From Stegostoma tigrinum (lineage: Eukaryota): a stretch of 64,000 nucleotides of DNA. The notes beneath the pieces were generated by a model, which saw only the letters and a program-made list of their open reading frames with translations, was not told the origin of the DNA and searched no databases. The position numbers and the translations under genes are program-made. This document shows positions 50,501 through 61,799 of the stretch, in pieces. Location of the stretch: NCBI RefSeq assembly GCF_030684315.1, contig NC_081396.1, forward strand, positions 3,410,001-3,474,000, given 5' to 3'. Numbering within the stretch: the first letter of the stretch is position 1; every line of letters begins with the position of its first letter.

Positions 50501-52162
50501 GCAATGAATGAGAAGTCTTTAACATGTATGAATTTAGAATATGTTTCTGCCGGGAGTTGCCTACTTTACCTGATGTCGAAATAAATGATCATCACACTTT
50601 CCTAATATGAACAATATTCTTCAGATGGCTAAGTTGCATCAGTTGGTCAAGTATATTCATTGAAGTAAATATTACTCAATTTTATTGCTTGAAATATACA
50701 ATGTGTTCTAATCCACTGCAGTTAATTCTTCTGCAAAATGGTAAACTCTTCAGATGCCCCAACGCATTGATATATAACACATTCTCTGCATTTGCAGCAA
50801 GTGTTCACAAGATGAGTTCATGCTTGGACAATTTTAATTCATACGAACTCTAACCTTGGCCACATAATCCCTGACATCAGTTGTGTCCAAACGAGTGACT
50901 TTTGAGTTGATGTGACGTTGTAAAACGAAACTCTACATATTTACACAACCTGAATTGGGAAAACATAGAACACCGTGCCAATTATTTCGCTCAGTTAAAA
51001 TTTGTTTTTATTCCCACAAACATAGCTTAATCAGGGATATAACAATTAATTAAAACAAGTTGTTTGTGAAATGATCAAAATAGTGAATTAGATCTGTTCT
51101 TCATCCAAGGGTTTGGAAGAATTAATGATTAGCCTTTGCCAATTAACTTTTCCAGCCATAAAATCTTGTTTGTAATATATGGCGGAATTGAAAGATGATT
51201 GTTGATCAACTTTATGGCATTTTTGTTCAACATCAATAATGAATAGAACAGTATATTATTGAAATTCTGTTCGTCTTTCTCTGTGACTTGTAAACTATGC
51301 AAGGAAAGATCTTACGATTTAAACAGCTGATTGCAAAGCATGGAATAGGTTATACTGCAACTATTACATATCAGTAAAAAGTGTTCCACAGGTTATCTGT
51401 TTTTCCTCAATTTCCAAACCTTTGCCATCTGCCTTTCACCTAATATTTGGCTTCAGGAAATTTCAACTCAAATGCGGATTGCATTAGATTGGGAAACTGG
51501 AGAGTTCCATTTCGACAACCATGTAAACAATGCGAATTTGATGTAGAAATCAGAAATCGCTTCACAAATATTACGACTTTGATGCCCCCAAGCATTTTCT
51601 CTTTTCAATAGAAGAAAAATAGCCAAATCACAACATTAAGGGAGAGGCGTGTGTTTGCAGCAGAAATAGCTCCGCAGGCATTTTCAGCAGAATTGTAACA
51701 TCACAGAAGAAATCTCAAATTGGGATCCATAAAAGCTGCTCACCATTAACCAGCTAATCATTAATTTATATACAAATAAGAAGCCAGAGCAGCAGCCTTG
51801 ATTGCAAGGTGACTTGTGTAACAATACATAAAGCAAAGCACATTTTTAAAATAAAATTTGAGCTGTATTTCAATTTATTTAAACCTGTTTATCAAGTCTG
51901 TCATGTAAATTGTGAGCACTGCGCAGCAGAGCAGCTAGATTCATCTATCGATTCATGACTTGAATGTCAAAACAAGATTAGTTTAATGAACGCATATTAG
52001 CACATTTTCATTGTGCATTATATTAACGTTATTCTCAGTTGTGAACGTTGATCAATTCGACATTTTAAGATGTAAGTTCCAGATTGCATTTATCTGAGGC
52101 TAGTAAGAACAGATTTTACTTATTTTACATTTAGACTGATTTAAAATAATCAATACACTAAA

Positions 52163-52385
52163 ATATCGAGGTGTCGAGCAGGATGAACACAGCAGGCGAA
52201 GAAGCATCATAGGAGCAGTACCGCTGATGTTACGGGCCAAGACCCTTCTTCAGAAATTTGAAGAAGGGTTCAGGCCAGACACATCCGCTTTCCTGCTCCT
52301 ATGCTGCTGCTTGGCCTGCTGTGTTTATCCAGCTCTGCACCTTGTTATCTCAGATTGCCCAGTATCTGCAGTTCCTACTATCTCT
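52163..52385. mobile_element. Penelope fold-back (head-to-head pLTR fragments) in the J-CH1 intron
   Basis: 52165-52253 is the inverted copy of 52258-52350; both hammerhead cores are mutated. Confidence 0.75.
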
Positions 52386-52669
52386 GACTGCACTAAATGT
52401 TGTTTTTATATGCCTTGAACCTTCCGTTTGTCGATGTTAAGTCTGTTTTCAGACAGTTGCAAATGGATATAATGATTTCAATCAACCAATGGCGCCAAAT
52501 AAGTTCAACAAAAGCAGAAAAGATGCAGGAAAAGCAAAGCACTTCGCAAATTTTAGTAATTAAATGTAATCCAAGTGGACAACATTATCAACAGGGAAAT
52601 AAAGAAAGCACCAATTACAGAAAATCATGAAACCCATTTAAAACCCAGCTCTATTCCACAAAGTTAATG

Positions 52670-52940
52670 AAAATCCCAACTACTCAATTCAACAGAGTCA
52701 AGTAAAACAGAATCAGAATTCAACATACTCAAAACAACAAATTCAACCGAAAGAGAAACAGAATGCAATCAAATTAATTCAACAAAATCGAATAAAACAA
52801 ATTCAGAATCTGAACAACTCAAGTCAAAAGAATAAAGTAAAACAAACTCAGAATACAATCAGCTGAAATCAACTGACTGAAATTATTGACAATCATTTTA
52901 GTTGTTCAAACCTATCAACTCAAATCAACAGAATGAAATG
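52670..52940. repeat. Degenerate A-rich tandem repeat (AACAGAAT/ATTCAAC/ACTCAA units)
   Basis: Seen directly; strong strand skew. Confidence 0.6.
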
Positions 52941-53416
52941 TCAAGAGAGAATCTAACGTGTTTATCATCAAGAAAATTAACATTCTAAACCACAAAGTAC
53001 AAGCACAACACAAATATCACATGTAGGAGAAATATATTGAAGAAATTGACAATAATGTTTTAGCACATTTTGTCAATGTTTGTTTTTGAACATTTTTAAA
53101 TTCGTAAAGCTTGTTCTCACTGGCATTAATCATTGTTTAAACGTTGTATTGTTTCAGGCACTTTTTTTTCAATTAACCCAGCTAAACTCTATTGCCATCT
53201 GATAAAAATGAGAGAGCCGCCGAAGAACTGAATCACTCACCAGCACTTTGGTTATTTGCCTGGACTTAAATGAATTTTATAATTACGATGGAGAAAATAC
53301 AATTGGAACAAAACTAAACTCAGGACAGAATCCGTGTATCATTTGAATCATGAATTAATCAAATGAATAGACAGTTAACAAACATAACGGTTGATAGGAA
53401 CATTCAGGTTTCTTAC

Positions 53417-53464
53417 CTGAAGTCACAGTCACCATGGTTCCTTGTCCCCAGTAATCGAAGTAGT
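53417..53464 (-). CDS. IGHJ: IgM JH segment
   Basis: YFDYWGQGTMVTVTS followed by the donor G|GTAAG. Confidence 0.98.
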
Positions 53465-53503
53465 CACAATGTTACATTCCATGGACTGGGTCACACAGTA
53501 ACT
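53465..53503 (+). other. JH 23-RSS
   Basis: CACAATG - 23 nt - ACAGTAACT. Confidence 0.9.
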
Positions 53504-53830
53504 GTCTCTGCACAAAACAAGCAAAAACTGTCATTATTTTAAATCATCATAACTTGAGCCAAAATAAAATAACAACAAATCTTCATTACGTTATAATTGT
53601 GCAAATGGAGTCTGCTCATTCTTGATAACAGATTCTAATATTGTACACTCCTAAGAATAACACATGAAGTGATTGTCAATATCACCAACTAATTATCAAT
53701 AATTATCGCCGTTTTTACAAATTCAACCGTGGTATTCGATAATATCCCACAGAACTGATACTGAACTGAACATTCAGATAGTTTGTAAAAAGTAATTACT
53801 GACCAAGTTCCTAACAATGAGAGATGAACG

Positions 53831-53900
53831 TGTTTATGTATTGATCATATTGGCTGTGCTACCCCAGTAGGTCACTGTGAGATGCATGATATCAAATACT
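53831..53900 (-). other. IGHD: IgM D2 segment (coding 53859-53872, ACCTACTGGGGTAG) with 12/12 RSS
   Basis: 5' RSS CACTGTG-12-TCAAATACT; 3' RSS CACAGCC-12-ACATAAACA. Confidence 0.92.
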
Positions 53901-54214
53901 ATGGTGGGCTGTATACCATAAAATGCAGATACCCATGTTCACTGAATCCTAAATAAAAAGAACTGGTTCAGGCTCCTCTAAAAATGATGCAGTGCAAAAG
54001 TTTAGATTTTACTTCCCATTGTATTTTTAAAGGTGCTTGCAATATAATTTCATGTTTGGTGTATGTTTAACGTGTTGGTCTATCGGAAGAAAGTAGAAGA
54101 ATTCTGTTCATTCATACAAATGAGCTTTATTGGTCTGCATTTTAATTAAGTCTGATATTATTTGTCCCTCCTGCTATGGTCGTAGTCGCCAATTTGAACG
54201 AAACACTTGCCAGT

Positions 54215-54294
54215 GGTTTCTGAACGACGATGCCATTGTTCACATCACTGTGACCCACTGTCGTATCACAGTGATGTAAACCTGCACAGAAGCT
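54215..54294 (-). other. IGHD: IgM D1 segment (coding 54253-54266, ATACGACAGTGGGT) with 12/22 RSS
   Basis: 5' RSS CACAGTG-12-ACAGAAGCT; 3' RSS CACAGTG-22-TCAGAAACC; all three frames open (IRQW/YDSG/TTVG). Confidence 0.95.
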
Positions 54295-54664
54295 GCCTCA
54301 TTGTTTGTTCCATATTCTGCCTCAATTTTAATGTGGAATAGAGATTTAGTACTGATCATTGAGGAATGAATGCCATAACTTGCATAATGCAATTAGCAGA
54401 GATTTCATGAGGATACAGATGAAATCAAATCAGCATAATGTTCAAGTCTTTCATTTATGGAACTATTAGCAGTACGTACGCCATGCCTAATACTTCAGAC
54501 TTTATTTTATTGCTTGTTTTGTAAGTTTTAATTGTTCATTTCCGCTGTAATAGTTTTGTCAGAAGGATTTTGAGGTCTACGTCGCATTATAGTTGTGAAT
54601 GTCACATTGAAGACAAGTACTCACGATTAGTTTACAGTTGTATCTGCAAAGTGTCTCCTCGTGC

Positions 54665-54703
54665 TGTTTGTGTACATGTCCAGCCGTTGTTCCTCACTCT
54701 GTG
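54665..54703 (-). other. VH 23-RSS
   Basis: CACAGAG - 23 nt - ACACAAACA. Confidence 0.92.
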
Positions 54704-55008
54704 GTCTCTTGCACAGTAGTAGATGGCGGTGTCCTCGAACTTCAGGCTCTTCATGTCCAACGCGAAGATGTTGTTTGAAGTGTCTTTGGACGCACTAAAT
54801 CGATCTTTAATCGCTGGCGCATAGTAATTGTCCGATGAAGTATAGTAGCTAACCAACCACTCCAGACCCTGTCCAGGAACCTGCCGGACCCAAGCCATAT
54901 AGTAGCTGCCAAGATTGAACCCGCTGGTTTCACAGGTCAGTGTCAGGGAGCCTCCAGGTTGGCTGTTCCCTGCCTCTGGCTGAGTCAAAGTAACCTCCGA
55001 CTGGACAC
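54704..55008 (-). CDS. IGHV: IgM VH exon
   Basis: [72 protein letters not shown]; open, canonical C-W-C. Confidence 0.98.
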
Positions 55009-55134
55009 CTTCAAAAAGAAAATAAAATATGACAAGTTTTACTGATGAAATGATTTGTACATCTTTTACATTCCAGGACTAGGTGAACACGTGAAAGATA
55101 ACACACAGAAACTTGGAGAAAAAAAAGTACTCAC

Positions 55135-55183
55135 AGGATAAGAAAGTCAGAAACAAACTGAGAAAAATCGTCGACGTTGTCAT
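55135..55183 (-). CDS. IGHV: IgM VH leader exon
   Basis: MTTSTIFLSLFLTFLS + T|gtgagt; 49 nt, phase 1. Confidence 0.95.
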
Positions 55184-55223
55184 TCTGGTAACTTGGGAGA
55201 AAAGGTTCTGTCAAGAATTTTTT

Positions 55224-55320
55224 AACCACACCCCAAATCAAGGAGTGTTGAATGAAGGTGCAGTGACCAGAATTTATATGCTTATCAGAGGTGGCAGGTT
55301 TTGAGGCTCCGCCTGTTGGC
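55224..55320 (-). promoter_or_regulatory. VH promoter: TATAAA (55273-55278), adjacent GATAAG, GGCGGA, and RUNX-like TGTGGTT (55224-55230)
   Basis: Motifs seen within 140 nt upstream of the ATG; no octamer. Confidence 0.55.
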
Positions 55321-56959
55321 TGGAGGCTGTGACCAGATCTTCGTACCACCTACCACAGCCCTCACAGATGGTGCTGATATATTTACATGAGTTTATTGTT
55401 AAGCATGGGCATCTTTCCATCTTGGGATATTTGTTCGGCTGGACATCTTGTTTGGACATATTTTTAGCGATGAAAGTAATATTAAACAGCTACAGTTCTG
55501 GTTCAGATGACAACTTTTCTTCTTTTATTTCAGGCAGTAAAATTTCCAATTGGAAAATAAAACTCTTTATATCTTGAAATTCATTGACAAGCAGATAATT
55601 CTTTTATAAATATTAAAAATATTACCAGCTAATAAAATTGCTGACTCTTTTCGTATACACTCCAGATCACTGTCACACAACAAAATAGCATATAATTCAG
55701 AAGAGGTGTTTCTAAATTCAAGTTTGACAACTGAATGTGGATCATGTCCTCAATGATTATGTTTAGAATACTTTGTATGTGATGAAAAAGTTTACACTCA
55801 GAGATGAGATAAATTTCCTTTTCTTGCAGAACATCTCTCCTTTAATCTTCTTCAAATTGGTTCAGTCGAACATAATCATTTGAAAATGCACAGTCAAGCA
55901 AAGCTGCATTACTGATAAATAAACAGTGAGTTTTCAGTCAAACATTACACTCAGATTGATTTTTGAAAGGTAATCCAATGAATCAAAACAGACCAGTCGA
56001 TAAATTAAGAAAAAATCGCTGCAGCATCCAAATAACTGCTGGCAACCATGTGTGCACATCTGGACCGTATCGTCAGTTAGAGAGTATACAATAATTGAAA
56101 CTGATGCAGGCCACAAACAGGTCATTGGAAGCTATGAGGGGTCCTGTTAAATAATAGTCATCAGTAAAAAGTAAGTATTACATTACACCAGCTTCATACA
56201 TTTGTAAAGGGCCCACTCAACTGAAAAGTTCAGAGAATGGTGCGACAAGGCATCCGAGCTAAAACCAACCATATTTTCAAAATGTACTTTGAGATGATAA
56301 CGAATATCACTGCAAAGCAAGTTTAGATCCATTGACTTCACATTAGAGAGTTTTCAAATAGTTAATAAACAGCTTAAGAACCTCGAACGACCTTTGTTTG
56401 GATGGAATAAAAAAAAATTACTGGCGTACAGTAAATTTCCAGTTTTCTCATAGCCACCCAGTGAATGTTGTATTCAATGACCTTTTTCAAAGAAGACATG
56501 CTGAGAGACAAAGATCGTTTTGTGCAAATGGCAAATTATAATGTGGTTAGTGATGTTTTATCTGAGTTGATTCATATGGCTTTAAGTTGCAAAGCACAAT
56601 ATCTGGCAGAAATTGGGCCGACTGCAGAAAAAGATCCTGGATTTCAAAGCATCATTTAATAGAAGAATCTGCAGTTTCTGGAGAAAATCTGAGATTTTTC
56701 TTTTCGTTACTGTTGACTGCTTGTTTAAAAACCAGTTTCAAAACACGCCCAGCAACTCGGCATAAACAAACAAACCAAGCACCAGCGCAGGAGAAAAGTT
56801 TATTTTTCAATTGTGTCACTTTCTTGTGTCAGGAAATATTTGCACATTTTCAGACACTATGGCAAGATGCACTATCCCGTGGAGGATCGCTTCAGTGCAT
56901 CATGATTTTAAGATAGGCTCCTGGATCGGAAGAATTTTGAAAAAAATACCTTTTCCTCC

Positions 56960-57600
56960 AACCTTTAAAATAATCCTAAACTATGTAATTTGCCTATCCC
57001 AGGGGAAGGACACCTGTCATTAATCTTATCTATACCCCTCACGATTTTATGAACATTTATAAAGACACCATTTCACCTCCTAAGCTTTCACAGAAGAAGT
57101 CTCAGTTCATCCAGACTCTCTTTCCAACGAAAGCCCTCGAATCCAAGCAAATTCCTGGAAAAGATTTTCTCAACACTCTCCAATAAATGATATATTTTCT
57201 ATAACAAGGAGACTATAACTGGAGACATTAGCCCAGAAGAGGCCTCGAGAATGTTCTGTACAACCTCCACATGACTTCCCAGCTCCTATGCTCAAAACGA
57301 CTGAACAATGAAGGCAAGCCTGCTACACGGCTTATTAATCATTCTCTGACACAAACGTCAATGAACTATGATCCTTGACCACTATTCTCTCTGTTTGATT
57401 GAACTCCATCTGCACTCTTCGGCTCATTGGTCTTATTGACCAAGGTCTCTTTGAAATCTTAAATAACGTATTTCATGGTCCATGAAATCAGCAATTTTGA
57501 CCAGTCCAAAAGGAACCCTCCACCATCACTCTCTGTCACTTGCCGTTCAGCCAATTGTGCATCCAAATGGTAAGTTCACCATGAATACCATGTGATCTAG
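56960..57600 (-). mobile_element. Decayed CR1 LINE fragment
   Basis: Similar to 1730-2080 and 2700-2800. Confidence 0.65.
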
Positions 57601-59479
57601 ATGGAAGAATAGAAATAGAGACAGACAAAAAAATGAATGGACGCATGAACGACTAGATGGAATGCCTTATGAATTTCTTGTTTTATCTGAAAATGACATG
57701 GCCTTCGAAATTCTAAATTTTGTTTGCCTGCTTCTTTACTCGAGAGAGGACAATTACTTTTAAAAAGTGTCAGCCTATGACCTTCTGTCCTTCCCCAGTC
57801 CCATTAAAATTAAAATACCACAAGTGTCCTGAAATGACAAAATGAATTTCAGCAATAGCAGCTTGAATATCCACCTACAGTGATCATGATTGCTCTCTGC
57901 TGATTGTAAATCTCCATCTCAAAGATGCAAAAAGGGCACCCGCCGAGATTCAGAGGAATCCTATCACTATTTCAAATATGTGGCTCTGTTACAGTACAAT
58001 CAACATATCTTCACCAAATTTACTTCAATCACATCAAAAGTAGATGCTTATTACACTTGTGTTTTGTTACTGTGATATGCGAGCAATTCAATTGCCCCTT
58101 TTCATACAGTTGCCCCTCTGTTTTGAGACTGATATATTGATGGGGAAAGCCTCCAACAATGCATCAACATGAGAATATTGGCGAATAATCTGCTGGGCAG
58201 GATTCTGTTTTGTTTTCATTGAAAACAGAAGATCTTTTTAAAGTGTTTCATAGTAAAGAAAAATAAACAATTATTATTGATCGGTAATTTCTGAAGTGAT
58301 TTCAGAAATAGCTGAAAAATTGATCAATACCAAGCGGTCCTCCTCACTTTCAGAGGCTTTCTCCCATAAACTAAGATTGTCAAATCAATTTGTGTGCAGT
58401 TTCAATTTGCCTTCAAAAAGCAACGAATAGCAATAACTGTTTCAGCTTCAACGAACAGAAGCAGGGAAATATGAGTAAAATCACAATTCCAGTCCATGAT
58501 TATTTCACAGGCCACCATATTAGAAAGCAATTGACGTTCCTTAAAATGTTCACAATTCAGAAGTATCAATACGAAATTAGTTTTTTTTCATCATGCACCA
58601 TTTCAGTACATTCAGAGTTCCATAATTTCTATTTTCTAAAACCATTGGTTCCTGGTAACTGATTGATGTCTCCCATTTTATTAATGATTACGAACATTGC
58701 AATCACTTTAAATTAATTGTTGAATGCAATCTATTTTTGATCTCCAATCAGCAGACTGATAAAATGCATTTTTGATTCAAAGAAGAATAGCCAGGTTGTG
58801 CACAATTCCGTTGAATTACTTTATAGTTCGAGGTAGGGTCTATGATATGTTTTGCTTCTTGTAGTGGAATTCCCAGAATAATAGAGCTAATGTGGATTTG
58901 ACTTCAAGGCCACAATCACAGTCAGTGCCTGGAGAAACAGAGTAAAACAGAAGAATGGGGCAAGAGAAAACCATTCTACTAATTGAGCCTGCCTTTTTAT
59001 TCATCACAATCATGGTTTGTCGTCCAACCATGCTTTCGCCAATTACCTTTGATCCCAGTCGCCCCAATTGCTATATGTAATCACCTCTTGAATGCATCCA
59101 ATGTTTTGCAATCAAATCCTTCGTGTTGTAATGAATTCCAAGGGCTCACCACTCTTCGAGAGCACAAAAAGACTTCTAATCTCAGTCCTCGATGTTCCAC
59201 CCGAATTATTGGTTTGTGACCCCTGGTTCTTGAAACATTCAACATCGGGAACTCCTCCTAGTAGTATCAGGAAAGTTGCACAAGGGTCGTCATTGGGAGG
59301 TGCACAGTCAGTCTGAGTTACAAATACATCCACAAGTTGCTGTTCAGCCATTGAATGTGTGGGTTTCATTTTATTAATGTCTTCTGCACTGGCAGTAATT
59401 ATCTGAAATGCCAATTGTGGCTCCATTCCCTGAAGTTCCCCGACAGTGTTAAAACTAAGATTCTTCTGCCATCCCAGTT

Positions 59480-59720
59480 TCACACACAGGATTGCGCAGT
59501 GCTATTTCAAAGAACTGAAAGGTAATTGTCCCTGTGTTATTGGTCAATTTTATATTGTTTCAGCCACAGTCACAAAAATAGATGACTACATCATGACAAC
59601 ATTTTTTTTTTGGTAGTCCTTGTGAACACATTGCCTGCTGAAATGTCAACAATACCATCCTGAGTATAATTTGCAGATGCATCTCTTGCTCATAAGCGCA
59701 AGGAGACTCGAGGGAATAGT
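59480..59720 (+). mobile_element. Decayed DeuSINE-like element
   Basis: GCTATTTCAAAGAA..GTCCCTGTGTTATTGGTCAATTT..CACAAAAATAGAT resembles the Deu domain (recalled, not aligned). Confidence 0.35.
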
Positions 59721-61199
59721 GAACCAACCCTCAAATAACCAATTTGCTTTGGTCTTCGTGAAAACTAAGTTGCGTAAATCAATGAAAGGCATGTGTCTTT
59801 ACTTTCGCTAATTTATGTTGCTGCTCTTGTCTGATTAAAGGCAAGTTGACTGTGAAATGGACATGGAATATGTAAGCTTTAATTGCCATGTCAGCTCACT
59901 TTGATCAGTAAGCCTAGAATAGTTCGAATGACTCTAGAAATAAAAAGATAGAACCGGGGCATTCAGCTTCTCAGATCTGAGCCAACTGTTGACAACAACT
60001 GTTGAGTTCATCACAAGCAAAGGTAGCACTCACATTTCGTCCAGAAGCTAGTATTTACAGCATGGGAGATCATATCTGTCTTCAAAACTGGAGTATATCT
60101 TCCACACGTTTTCTGACTGCAATGTTTGCTCATTATCTGTACCCTGTTTTAATCAAATTTTGTTGCAAATTCTCGAGAAAAACGAATGATTTCCACAGTT
60201 CCTGATGAAGCATTCGTCAATGAGCTACCAATCAGTTTTCACCAGAACAAGGAAAACCATGGCAATTGAAACAAATTAACACACCAACACAGACATACTT
60301 GTGAACACGCGCACACACGTACACACAAACACATTGAATACAAAAAAGAACATATGCACACACACTCAAACACACACACAACTCATTATAGACAGAACGT
60401 AAACATGTTGTAGTATGTTTAGTAGGATCAGTTCAGATTGGGAAACAAAAGCACCAGTCAGGAAATTTTAGATTGGGTGGATTTATTCATGTTGGAACAT
60501 TGGAATTTGAGAGGACTTTTTTTTTTCTTGAGATTTACACAAATGTCATGCTGTACAAAAGACCAGAGAAAAGCCTCTTTAACGTAGGAGCATGCTCTGT
60601 CAATAAAATGCTGAGATATAAGTGATCGACAGGGAAGGTTCAGGAAGCTCAGTTCAGAAAAAAGATGGTGAAGGTAGGAACAGTCAAAACATTTAAAATG
60701 TGTTTGATGATATACTTGAAGTGCTATAACCTTCAGTCTTACAGTTAATACGCCGGACAGTAGGCATAGGCTGGAAGGTTCTGTTTTCTTTTGGCACAGT
60801 TCCAACAGGAGAATTCATTGTTTCTGTGGTGAAAATCTTCAATAACTCGAAATCCATGCTCGTGCAATTCAGAGGCTCTAATTCACCTGCTTTATAAAAG
60901 GAATGTCCCAAACTTCCATTTCGATCATCTCAAATTTTAATAAACTTAAACTCTGCCTGTTTAGGGAATTAACGATCTAATGTTCCCCAGACGATGCCCA
61001 GGGCAACGTCCCTTGATTCAGCTAGGGTCAGCAAAATGAATGAACTAAGTTAAAGATATTCAACTTACTTTGACACAAATAAGCCAGGTCCATCTGCAGT
61101 AGACATAACTTAAGTTTCAAAACATTGCACCGCAGATAGATGAGCCCTCATGGCATTAGCAATGGTTTTGTTCGAATCATTTTAGGTGGATTCCTTGCA

Positions 61200-61790
61200 G
61201 CAACGAGTGTGAACAAATTTGTTTGGTCCTCCTTGTGGTTTAACACACTGAATGTTGCTCCAATCCGATTAATTGGACATATCCTTCATAACAGACAGTA
61301 GAGCGAATTCAAGAAATCATGGACCAAAGTCGGCAGTTGTTCTTTGGACTCAAGGAAAGTCCACTGCGGTATTCTGTAGGTGTCAATGCTTCGACTTCTG
61401 ATTGTTTGCTTTTATGCTCTTGACAAAGGCATTGACGTATTTCATAATTTGCTACAACAAGAAACTGGCAACTATTCTGAACCGGAGGAACGTGGTTCAG
61501 AATTTCAGAAGGATCTAGTGAGGTTTGTGGATTGGGTCTCGGAGAGATCCATGAAATTTAGTATAGAAGCTTTTGGCATGATTTACTAAGGGCAGGAAAG
61601 TGTGGAGCGAGAACACAGAAGATTGACTCCAATATGTAACATCGCATAAAAACAAGAAGGATATTTGAAACCTACAGGTTAGATCTCAGTTGGAGTGCAT
61701 CTTCATCTTTGGGTAGCAATTCAAGGCCTGACATAAAACATGTCTTCAAGATTCAAGAATGTGCATCCAGTCAAGGGGCTTTCATTAAAT
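61200..61790 (+). mobile_element. Decayed CR1 RT fragment
   Basis: FQKDLVRFVDWVSERSMKFSIE (LQ.DLD.L..W...W.M.FN-like). Confidence 0.55.
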
Positions 61791-61799
61791 GGCAAGTTG

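Noticed and set aside
54712-54718. Cryptic heptamer (TACTGTG) in VH FR3, as used for mammalian VH replacement
   Set aside because: Largely forced by the YYC codons; no nonamer at 12-nt spacing; the cluster has a single V.
53417-55008. Germline-joined VDJ or IgNAR/IgW identity
   Set aside because: Segments are unjoined with full RSSs; four mu-type C exons and a canonical VH indicate conventional IgM.
57890-58075. ORF ending ITSKVDAYYTC, superficially like V FR3
   Set aside because: No upstream Cys/Trp pattern, leader or RSS.
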